64,000 nucleotides of DNA from a bacterium (GTDB taxonomy: Bacteria; Patescibacteriota; Patescibacteriia; HK-STAS-PATE-3). Made by a program: the position numbers and the translations under genes. Below are positions 27,956-36,347 of this stretch, piece after piece. The stretch is taken from contig JAZDMR010000015.1 of the NCBI GenBank assembly GCA_043800725.1, forward strand, positions 4,065 to 68,064, in the 5' to 3' direction. Positions within the stretch are counted from its first letter, which is position 1. Every line of letters starts with the position of its first letter. A model generated the notes under the pieces. The model saw only the letters and a list, made by a program, of their open reading frames with translations. It searched no databases and was not told the DNA's origin.

Positions 27956-28163
27956 CCCTTCAAAAAAATCCGGTCAAAGCTTTCACCAGGCTTTTACCGA
28001 GCTGCAAAAAATCACTGAGCAGTTTGAGCGAGATGATTTAGACTTAGAGCTTGCCATGAAGCAGTATGAAAAAGGACTGGATCTGTCCAAGCAGCTAAAA
28101 GCCCGCTTAAAGCAGATGTCCAACACAGTGGAGGAAATGAAGAAAAAACAGCAGACCCGGTAA
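27942..28163 (+). CDS. xseB: Exodeoxyribonuclease VII small subunit
   Basis: SF.QA..EL..I...E...LDLE.A...YEKG; overlaps xseA. Confidence 0.9.
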   Translation: MKKTNPSKKSGQSFHQAFTELQKITEQFERDDLDLELAMKQYEKGLDLSKQLKARLKQMSNTVEEMKKKQQTR

Positions 28164-28171
28164 GTCTAAAA

Positions 28172-28290
28172 GCATAGCTGATTCGTCTCCCACAGCAGTC
28201 TTGTTACTATCGCGAGATTGCTTAATCCCGAAGTCCGGTGACGCCGGATTCGCGATTCGTAATGACTTAAGGGGGTCAGCTATACGCAGC
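28172..28290 (+). other. Structured intergenic element with a REP-like half repeat
   Basis: ATAGCTGA/TCAGCTAT closing stem encloses two hairpins; contains GAGATTGCTT...CGTAATGAC. Confidence 0.4.
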
Positions 28291-28430
28291 GGTCTGCTTC
28301 GGCTATTGTATTAAATTTAGATACTGAACCCATGGACTCCATTGACGAGCGCAAATAATACTGGTAAACTGGTTGCGTAAAAAAAATCAAAACAACATAA
28401 CCCTAAATAGCAAACTAAACATTATAAACA

Positions 28431-29042
28431 ATGACAAACGGAAATAAACTTAATATAATAAAACAATTGATTGAATCTGCTGAACAGAGCCTGATTCGCG
28501 CCAAGGCTCTGCTTAATGATGATTCCGATGAGGTGATGGATGTGAGCAAGGATATGATTGAAAAGGCCAGGGAAGTGGGAAAAATCTCAGTAGAGGATAA
28601 TATTAAAATCATTGAGGGTATTTTTGACGGCCAGAATATGATTGGTCCGGACGGCAAGCAATACTCAGTCCCAGCGAATTATGCTTCAAAATCCAAGCTG
28701 GTAGAAGGCGACCGGCTAAAGCTGACCATTATGCCCGATGGCTCGTTTGTATATAAGCAAATCGGCCCAATAGACAGAAACCGGCTGATTGGATCACTAA
28801 TCAGAGACGAAACAACGAATGAGTTTATGGTAGTGACCTCTAATAAAACCTATAAAGTGCTGCTGGCCAGCATTACTTATTTCAAAGGCGATGCCGGCGA
28901 TGAAGTGGTAATTCTGGTGCCTAAAGACCATCAAACTCAATGGGCTGCCGTGGAAAATATTATAAAAAAGACTAGTGGGACAGAAATTACTTCAGATCGG
29001 CCAGATACTGAATCAGCAGATGAGCCGGATGATTTAGATTAA
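28431..29042 (+). CDS. Conserved hypothetical protein (CPR-type)
   Basis: IEGIFDGQNMIGPDGKQYSVPANYASKSKLVEGD motif; promoter TTGACG..TAAACT at 28342-28370. Confidence 0.8.
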   Translation: MTNGNKLNIIKQLIESAEQSLIRAKALLNDDSDEVMDVSKDMIEKAREVGKISVEDNIKIIEGIFDGQNMIGPDGKQYSVPANYASKSKLVEGDRLKLTIMPDGSFVYKQIGPIDRNRLIGSLIRDETTNEFMVVTSNKTYKVLLASITYFKGDAGDEVVILVPKDHQTQWAAVENIIKKTSGTEITSDRPDTESADEPDDLD

Positions 29043-29120
29043 ATTACGCATAAAATAAAGATAAAGTTTGCCAGTCTGTCCCTGATCAGCTAGAATGGGG
29101 CTGGTTTAGCCATAGAAATA

Positions 29121-30701
29121 ATGACTGAAAATAACTCAACAATTTCTTTGTCGCGCAAATATCGCCCTCAAAACTTTTCTGATTTAGTTAATCAAAAACA
29201 TGTCCGGGTCACTTTGGAGCAGGAGATAAAAAATAATCGTATCACCCACGCCTATCTTTTTACCGGACCGCGCGGGGTGGGTAAAACAACTACGGCGAGA
29301 ATATTTGCCAGACAGGTGAATATTGATTCAAAGACCAAGAAGCCTGTTGAGGGCTGGGATTTTGATTTGGTGGAATTGGATGCCGCCTCACATACCCAGG
29401 TTGATAATGTCCGGGAAAATATCATTCCCAACGCTCGCACCAAGCCCTCGCGCGCCAAGTTCAAGGTTTTTATTATCGACGAAGTGCACATGCTATCATT
29501 ATCGGCTTTTAACGCACTACTCAAGATAATTGAAGAGCCGCCTGACTATATTGTGTTCATCTTGGTTACCACGGATGTTCACAGAGTTCCGGAAACAATA
29601 ATTTCGCGCTGCCAAAGGTTTGATTTTCACAGAGTGGAGGAAGGGGATTTAGTTGTTCGGCTTAAAAAGCTGGCTGATTTAGAAAAGATCAAGATCAGCG
29701 AATCCGTGCTTATTAATATTGCAGAGCTGGCAGACGGCTCTGTCCGAGACGCCGAAAGCTTTTTAGGCCAGATATTTTCATTAGGCGAAAAAGAGGTAAG
29801 TGAGGAAGTTGCCGGATTGGTCCTGCCCAAGCGGGACCGTACTAGGTCGCTTGAGTATTTAAACAGCCTGTCCCAAAAAGATGCCAAACAGGCGATTGAA
29901 TCGGTCAACAAAGCGATTGAAGCAGGTACTACTACCCAGAGGTTTTATGCCGATTTGATTTTACTGACCAGGCAGGCTATATTTCAGGCTATTGAAAAGA
30001 CCAAAACGAATCAGGACAAGCGGATTGTGGAATTAGCAGAAAACAATAGCCTGGTTTGGTTAAGCAAAGTTTTGCGCGGTTTGGTTGAATTAGAGCCCTT
30101 GTTTAAATCGGCCTATGTGCCGCAGCTGCCCTTGGAGCTGTTTGCCGTAGAGATTATTAATCCTGACCAGGAAGCTCCCCTTGCTAAGCCCTCCACGCCA
30201 ACCACAATGCCGATTAAAGATCCAAAACCTGAGCCAGTTGGTAAAACTGAAACCGAGACTTCATCCGGTAAGGTAGAAAATCCTGAATCAACAACTCGTG
30301 TTAAATCTGATAACTCCTTGGTTAACTTGGACCAGCTATGGAGCAATTTATTGATCAAAGCCAAAGAATCAAACCATGGGTTGGCAGTGATGCTGAATGC
30401 TTGCCAACCGCAGGCCATATCCGGAAATCAACTGAGAATCCAAAGCAAGTTTGCTTTCCACAAGGATCAAATAAATAACATGAAGAATCGAAAGTTATTG
30501 GAATCGCTGGTTTCAGAAATCGCTGGTCGGGTAATTAAGGTCGAATGCGTTTTGGGAAATAGCCAGGAAGTTTCAGCGCCGGCATCAGCCGAGAGCGTTG
30601 AGGTAAAACAGGCAAAAACCATGCAAAAACCAAGCAAGACCGAGCAAGGCAAAGATTCAAACAAGTCCACCTGGGACAAGGTCTTGCAGGCTTTTGGCTA
30701 A
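29121..30701 (+). CDS. dnaX: DNA polymerase III subunit gamma/tau
   Basis: RKYRPQNF, GPRGVGKTT, ELDAAS, DEVHML, SRC and GSVRDA motifs. Confidence 0.95.
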   Translation: MTENNSTISLSRKYRPQNFSDLVNQKHVRVTLEQEIKNNRITHAYLFTGPRGVGKTTTARIFARQVNIDSKTKKPVEGWDFDLVELDAASHTQVDNVRENIIPNARTKPSRAKFKVFIIDEVHMLSLSAFNALLKIIEEPPDYIVFILVTTDVHRVPETIISRCQRFDFHRVEEGDLVVRLKKLADLEKIKISESVLINIAELADGSVRDAESFLGQIFSLGEKEVSEEVAGLVLPKRDRTRSLEYLNSLSQKDAKQAIESVNKAIEAGTTTQRFYADLILLTRQAIFQAIEKTKTNQDKRIVELAENNSLVWLSKVLRGLVELEPLFKSAYVPQLPLELFAVEIINPDQEAPLAKPSTPTTMPIKDPKPEPVGKTETETSSGKVENPESTTRVKSDNSLVNLDQLWSNLLIKAKESNHGLAVMLNACQPQAISGNQLRIQSKFAFHKDQINNMKNRKLLESLVSEIAGRVIKVECVLGNSQEVSAPASAESVEVKQAKTMQKPSKTEQGKDSNKSTWDKVLQAFG

Positions 30702-30723
30702 TGCTCTAAATTACCTTTCACAT

Positions 30724-30797
30724 TGCGGGATCGTCTAGTGGTAGGACATCAGGTTCTGGACCTGAGTACGGGGGTTCGAATCCCTCTCCCGCAGCCA
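30724..30797 (+). tRNA. tRNA-Gln (anticodon CTG)
   Basis: Acceptor TGCGGGA/TCCCGCA, anticodon arm TCAGG-TTCTGGA-CCTGA, GGTTCGAATCC T-arm, encoded CCA. Confidence 0.97.
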
Positions 30798-30866
30798 GTG
30801 TAGCGGGTGACGAATAGGAGCATCCTAAATAAGAGGCCAACAAAGCGGCTGGCGCGTTATATAATT

Positions 30867-30966
30867 AACCCACGGACTAAAGTCCCTTCCACCGGCACTT
30901 AAGTGCCGTCTTTGGGTCAGTTCCAAAGACCCGGCTTCAGCTGGGGTATGCAAGCTTTAGCTTGCT
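30867..30966. mobile_element. Hairpin cluster resembling IS200/IS605-family terminal palindromes (non-autonomous remnant)
   Basis: CCCACGGACTAAAGTCC and CCGGCTTCAGCTGGGG plus three further short palindromes; no transposase. Confidence 0.35.
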
Positions 30967-31056
30967 TATTTCCTTAACTTAAGCTATTGACTTGCCAATA
31001 ATCATCATGCTTAGATGATGTTGGTTTTTTGAAAACTCGCACATAAGGAGGGTCGC

Positions 31057-31494
31057 ATGAAACCTAGATTGTTATACTGTATCAGTATATACATTATTGG
31101 CCTTGTTTTGATCGCGTTTACTATTGGGTGTAGTGACAAGATAAGTAGTTTGCCGGAGCCGGACAAGACAGCTGTGAAAAATGGTAGAATCGTGGCTGAA
31201 CGATTTAGTCGCTGGATTGCAGAACATAATGTTTATCCATATAGCGATAGCTTAATTCAAGCAATTGCTTTCAGTGAAAGTAAAATTCCAAACGTTCTTG
31301 TTGAAGGCAGAGAAATGCACTTTTGCAATATGGCGATAAATGCAGGGCCTGGGGATCTTATCTGGATTCTAATAGGGGGTGATCATGAAAGGGGATCGCC
31401 CTTTGCCTTTGATATGAGGTGCAATCTTGGAAGAGTTGAGTACTCGATTTATTTAAACGATCCAGAAATCATCAATATTAAGTATAGGTTTTAA
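31057..31494 (+). CDS. Orphan putative lipoprotein
   Basis: AAGGAGGG SD; hydrophobic signal ending TIGC; terminator 31528-31564. Confidence 0.65.
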   Translation: MKPRLLYCISIYIIGLVLIAFTIGCSDKISSLPEPDKTAVKNGRIVAERFSRWIAEHNVYPYSDSLIQAIAFSESKIPNVLVEGREMHFCNMAINAGPGDLIWILIGGDHERGSPFAFDMRCNLGRVEYSIYLNDPEIINIKYRF

Positions 31495-31729
31495 TATTTC
31501 AAGCCGACTGTGCAACGCACCTTATTCAAGTGTTCCTCACGGTTTATCCTGGGGAACACTTTTTGTGTTCAGTCCTTGGCAGGGAACTTTTTAAATAACA
31601 CGTCAAGGGGATTGACCCTGCTAAGGGTAGCTTTGAACCAGGTTGACAAAAATTTTTATTAATGAAACGCTTAACTTACAATCAAGATAAAAATAAAATT
31701 TAGTACTAATCGTAACAGGGGAGGTTAGT

Positions 31730-32191
31730 ATGATTAAACATCTACGAATTGCCCAAGAACTGCCTCAATTTAAAGATGAGCCGGCTTTATTAATTGTTAC
31801 TGGCAAGCAAGCTTTGCAGATTTATCAGGCGGTGAACGGTGAAATAAAAAGCATTCTGTCCTATGAGATGAAAATGCCGAATTATTCTGATTTGGAAAGT
31901 TTTGTCAGCCACAGTGCCGGCGGAATCAAGCGAGCCAAAGACAGCATTGTGGTGCAAAATTTCTTAAAACAGCTAAACGGCAGCGTCCGGGACATTCTGT
32001 CGCGAACCAAGATAAGCTGTACCTATTTATACAGCCCAAATTATATGATGAATAAAGTGACGGCTGCCTTGCCAAAATCTGTTAGGAAGACTATTAAAAC
32101 GACATTTTCCGGAAATTATAAAAATTTTCATCCCTTCCATTTATTACGCATGGTTCAGAGATCTCAGTTAAAGTTTAATTGGACAATATAG
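31730..32191 (+). CDS. Host-attachment/baeRF (eRF1-like domain) family protein candidate
   Basis: GGGAGG SD; 'LLIVT.......IY', 'F.KQL...', 'LYSP......V...LP' pattern. Confidence 0.5.
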   Translation: MIKHLRIAQELPQFKDEPALLIVTGKQALQIYQAVNGEIKSILSYEMKMPNYSDLESFVSHSAGGIKRAKDSIVVQNFLKQLNGSVRDILSRTKISCTYLYSPNYMMNKVTAALPKSVRKTIKTTFSGNYKNFHPFHLLRMVQRSQLKFNWTI

Positions 32192-32345
32192 GCTAATAAC
32201 CAATAAATCTCCCTTTGAGAGATCTCTCGCAGGGAGAAAATAATCAAATATTAAAAGGTAATCAGGCGTTATTTGGTGTTTTAATATAGATCTAGCCAAG
32301 GCGTATAAAAAATTGTACAATATAATTAAGTTTTATAAATAATTA

Positions 32346-33665
32346 ATGGAGATTATTCCCATGTTTGACTCTCCCCAGCCTATTTCACCACAAAGTCCTA
32401 ATTTTCAGCCACCCCCGCCCAAGGAACCGATACCTGAGCCTGATCCCGCAGCACCTGTCCAGCCTGATCCTTTAGCTCCCAGTCCGTTTTCAGCACAGGA
32501 GACTAGATCCCCGATTAACTCATCAGCTTCTATCCCGGCTGCTGATATGCTTATCCCAGAACCGAACACTCTGCCAAGAACACCTGGAATTCCGCCTTCC
32601 CACACAAGCCCTCAACTATCAACAAATTTTCCTAATTCGGAGCATCATTCGTCAAAACACCGTTTAATAGTTTTTTTGATAATTTTAGCGGTAGTTATCA
32701 TAGGAGGGGGAGGAGCGGCATATTTTCTTCTGCAGAGCAATATTACTGAAAATGACAATGAAAATATCAACGAAAATGCCAATACCGCAAATCTGAACCA
32801 GAATTCAAATGCCAATATCAACACAAACGTAGCAATCAATCAAAACACCAGCCAAACTCAAAATCTGGTTTATACTGATACGCAGTATGGTTTTACCATT
32901 GAATATCCCAACAACTGGACCGTAGATACCGCCACCCAAGGCGTATTGGTGAGCTTTACCGCTCCTGAAAATGAATACGGAAGTGTTTCGGCTGTTGGCC
33001 TAGCAATTACCTGGGAAGATCGCGATAATCTAATCACCCACGTAGCTGATTTGCTGGAATCAGCTGAGGATAATTCAAGCATGGAATTTACTCTAGAAGA
33101 TGAGGTAATTACCACGGTTGATTCTTTATCGACTACCGCCAGAATCGGTGAACTGACAGATACAAGATTAACTTACCCAATCATGATCTATCATACCGGA
33201 GCAATATATTCCGATGCCCAGGTGAGAATAGCCGGTACGGCCATGTTGCCAAATTCCGGCGATTGGGAGGATCTGAAGCAAATATTTAACAGGATAGCCA
33301 GCTCGTTTGATCGAACTTCAAATCCGGCTGTTAACCAAAATATCAATGCCAACTCTTCAACCAATGGTAATGCCAATATTACTATTAATACCAACGCTTC
33401 AAATACCAACACTGTTGCCAATAAAAATACTAATCAATCAAGCGCTCTGAATGACGCTGATGGAGACAATCTGACTGATTCCCAAGAAACAGCCTATGGC
33501 ACTAATCCAGATAAGGCTGATACAGACGATGACGGACTAAATGACTTTAGGGAGATATTTATCTATAATACTGATCCTTTAGATGAGGACTCTGACGGTG
33601 ACACTTATTTGGATGGCGAAGAAGTGGAAAACGGTTATGATCCCAATGGCTCAGGAACTCTTTAG
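32346..33665 (+). CDS. Membrane protein: Pro-rich N-terminus, Asn-rich linkers, PsbP-like domain, thrombospondin type 3 Ca-binding repeats
   Basis: YGFTIEYPNNW; repeated D.DGD.L.D..E...GT.P...D. Confidence 0.8.
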   Translation: MEIIPMFDSPQPISPQSPNFQPPPPKEPIPEPDPAAPVQPDPLAPSPFSAQETRSPINSSASIPAADMLIPEPNTLPRTPGIPPSHTSPQLSTNFPNSEHHSSKHRLIVFLIILAVVIIGGGGAAYFLLQSNITENDNENINENANTANLNQNSNANINTNVAINQNTSQTQNLVYTDTQYGFTIEYPNNWTVDTATQGVLVSFTAPENEYGSVSAVGLAITWEDRDNLITHVADLLESAEDNSSMEFTLEDEVITTVDSLSTTARIGELTDTRLTYPIMIYHTGAIYSDAQVRIAGTAMLPNSGDWEDLKQIFNRIASSFDRTSNPAVNQNINANSSTNGNANITINTNASNTNTVANKNTNQSSALNDADGDNLTDSQETAYGTNPDKADTDDDGLNDFREIFIYNTDPLDEDSDGDTYLDGEEVENGYDPNGSGTL

Positions 33666-33679
33666 CAAGAATATTAACT

Positions 33680-34294
33680 ATGCCTGAGCAGGATAATATT
33701 TCATCCCGCAATTTAGCGAATAAGTATTTATCTGACTCAGAAGACATTTCAGCGGAGTTGGATACTAAAATAACCGTTAGTTCGAAAATGGCTTATTCAC
33801 CAAAATTTGCCGTAATTACCGTGCTAAGTATAGTAATTATTACTGGCTTGGTGTTACTTTTAATTCCTGAAAAAAATACCAGCACCACGGACCAAACGTC
33901 AAATTCAATTGCTGATTCTTTAAAAGGTTCGATTCAATCGTTGCTGCCCGAGCCAAGTTTAGATGAATTAAATGAGCTGCCCGCTAGTTTGGAAAACTCT
34001 CGGTCCTCAGGCCTAATTAAACGAGCTGATAATCAACCAGAAGCCAGTCAATCATCCGTCTCCACAGATCAGGATCTTTTTCAGGCAGACAGTGACGCGG
34101 ATGGCTTATTGGATCGTTTGGAAGCCAGATATAAGACCGATCCGCAGAAAACAGATACAGATAATGACGGCCTGAGTGATTTACTGGAAATTTATGTCCA
34201 TAAAACTGATCCCCTGGCTGCTGATACAGATAATGACGGTTATTCGGATCAGCAAGAGGTTGACAGTGGCTATAACCCCAACGGGCCCGGATAA
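33680..34294 (+). CDS. Membrane protein with thrombospondin type 3 repeats
   Basis: TM followed by three DxDxDG repeats ending GYNPNG. Confidence 0.8.
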   Translation: MPEQDNISSRNLANKYLSDSEDISAELDTKITVSSKMAYSPKFAVITVLSIVIITGLVLLLIPEKNTSTTDQTSNSIADSLKGSIQSLLPEPSLDELNELPASLENSRSSGLIKRADNQPEASQSSVSTDQDLFQADSDADGLLDRLEARYKTDPQKTDTDNDGLSDLLEIYVHKTDPLAADTDNDGYSDQQEVDSGYNPNGPG

Positions 34295-34319
34295 TCCATA
34301 TTTGTAATGTTTATTACTA

Positions 34320-35078
34320 ATGCATAACCGATTAGCGCCTTATCTATTAACCATATTTTCTTTGGTTGGATTGACAATTATTCAATTTCAGCCTCAGCGA
34401 TTATTTGTGGTTGGTGGAATTTTACTGTTTTTAGTGATTGGCTTTTTTTATCTAGGGTCAGGCCAAAAGATTATCCAGCAGTATTTTTGGGTGATGCTGG
34501 TTCCTCCGCTGTGGCTTATTTTAAGCAGCATCAGCCTGATAATAATAGCTGAGTCGGAAATATTTCGTTGGATGTTGGCTGTTTTTACTCCGTTTGTTTT
34601 GGGCTTTTATCTCAAGCAGATATATATATATAACTATAATCCCGAGCAATATCAGCCCTATGCTTTGGAGAATTTATCAGTCTCAATAAATATATTCGTT
34701 GTTTTTCTGGCTGCTAGCAGCTTATTTGGCTTAAAGCTGTTTTTAGGATTAAATTTGTCGGTAATCTGGGTGATATTTTTTGTGGTTTCTCTAACTTTGG
34801 CTTATCAGACTTTTTGGGTGCATAAATTAAAGTTACAGCAGATGATCTGGTGGCTTATTGCGGTGGTGGCGTTATTAATGCAATTATTCGTAAGTATGGG
34901 ATTTTTGCCCGTACAATACATTGTTAGCGGTTTAATGGTGGCGATTGCCTTTTATCTGCTTATCGGATTAAGCCGGCTGGTTATTCGTCAAGCTTTCCGA
35001 CGGAGACTAGTTGCCCAGCAAATAATATTATCCTCAGTATTAACCTTAATTATATTAATAACTGCTCGTTGGATATAA
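34320..35078 (+). CDS. Multi-pass membrane protein (DUF5656-like)
   Basis: About 8-9 hydrophobic segments; ends TARW. Confidence 0.65.
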   Translation: MHNRLAPYLLTIFSLVGLTIIQFQPQRLFVVGGILLFLVIGFFYLGSGQKIIQQYFWVMLVPPLWLILSSISLIIIAESEIFRWMLAVFTPFVLGFYLKQIYIYNYNPEQYQPYALENLSVSINIFVVFLAASSLFGLKLFLGLNLSVIWVIFFVVSLTLAYQTFWVHKLKLQQMIWWLIAVVALLMQLFVSMGFLPVQYIVSGLMVAIAFYLLIGLSRLVIRQAFRRRLVAQQIILSSVLTLIILITARWI

Positions 35079-35081
35079 CTT

Positions 35082-36347
35082 ATGAAACCTAAAATCGCCC
35101 CGACTTCACCAAAATATCAAGTTGAAAATTCAGTAGATGATTTATACCGCAGAGATGAACAAAAATCATTTCAGCAGCCGTCTGTCAGGGCAAGATGGCT
35201 GCCCACAGTATTATTTTCAGTTTTGTTCGGCTTATTGGCGGGGGCAGCCGGAATGGTCACTTTAAATAGTTTATACCAACAGAACTCTCAATGGCCGGCT
35301 TGGCGCTGGATTGGGATAACCAGTGAACTTCGCCCGGAGCGAGAAGTGATAATACGGGAAGCGGGCAGCATTGAAAGAGTTGACCAAGAAAGGCAAGAAA
35401 CCTACGATCGTGTCTCAGCAATGCTGGTCAGCATTTACCAATCATCTGCTGACAGCTCGGCCCCCTTAAACCAACGAGTGGTATCCCAGGAAGCATATTT
35501 AGGGACTGGAGTTTTAGCTACCGAGGACGGCTTAGTGGTATTGGATTCATCCTTGATATCAAATAGCCAGCATGATTATCTTGCTGTAACAAATTCAGGC
35601 CAAACCTATCCATTAAATTTAGTTGCCACTGATCCGTTGAGCGATTTGGGGCTTGGGCAGATAAAGGGTAGCGGTTTTCCGGTTGTCGCCTTTGTAGTGG
35701 AGTCTGATCTGCAAATAGGCCAGGAACTATTAGCCTTGAATTCAAATAATCTGGCCGGTCCACCCAGTCTTTGGACTTCATCGTTGAGCAGCATAAACTC
35801 ATTACCTGAATTATTGCGAGGGGCGCCGGAATCCAGCGATTCACTGGATCGATCAATTCAATTGTCTGATAGCCATCAACCATGGGCGGCGGGGACGATT
35901 GTGATTGATATGGACGGTGCCATGGTTGGTATGAAGGTGGGCGAACTGGATGATAACTTAATATTTCCCGTAAGGTATATCCGGACTGCCCTGCAAAGCT
36001 ATTTACAGAATCAAGAAATTGAGCGGCCCCAGCTAGGCGTTACTGCGTATGATTTATCGGCAACAGTAGGATTGCTTGATAGTGAAACGAATAAAAGATC
36101 AGCCGGCGCCCTCTTGGCGGCAGGCCAGGACCTTCAGTCTTCCGCGGTAATGGCTAATTCAACAGCTCAGGAAATGGGCTTGGCAGAAGGCGACATTATC
36201 ATAAAAATAAATGATCAAGAAATTACCGTAGAACGCAGTTTGGCGGGTATTATTCAGTCTTTTGAAGTGGGCAGTGAGGTAAATGTTGTTTATCTGCGCG
36301 ATGGCATTGAGCTAAAAGCCGAAGGAGTTTTAGGAAACGCCCTATGA
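35082..36347 (+). CDS. HtrA/DegP-like protease-fold protein with PDZ; catalytic His and Ser absent
   Basis: GTGV....GL, DP.SDL, RPQLGV and GDII.KIND motifs; TNxHV reads LDSSL and GNSGG reads WAAGT. Confidence 0.8.
   Translation: MKPKIAPTSPKYQVENSVDDLYRRDEQKSFQQPSVRARWLPTVLFSVLFGLLAGAAGMVTLNSLYQQNSQWPAWRWIGITSELRPEREVIIREAGSIERVDQERQETYDRVSAMLVSIYQSSADSSAPLNQRVVSQEAYLGTGVLATEDGLVVLDSSLISNSQHDYLAVTNSGQTYPLNLVATDPLSDLGLGQIKGSGFPVVAFVVESDLQIGQELLALNSNNLAGPPSLWTSSLSSINSLPELLRGAPESSDSLDRSIQLSDSHQPWAAGTIVIDMDGAMVGMKVGELDDNLIFPVRYIRTALQSYLQNQEIERPQLGVTAYDLSATVGLLDSETNKRSAGALLAAGQDLQSSAVMANSTAQEMGLAEGDIIIKINDQEITVERSLAGIIQSFEVGSEVNVVYLRDGIELKAEGVLGNAL

Noticed and set aside
29043-29120. SRP RNA upstream of dnaX
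   Set aside because: No SRP domain IV motif (CAGG...GGAA...AGCAG) and too little structure.
30798-30856. HDV-like/theta ribozyme after the tRNA
   Set aside because: Could not build the nested double pseudoknot.
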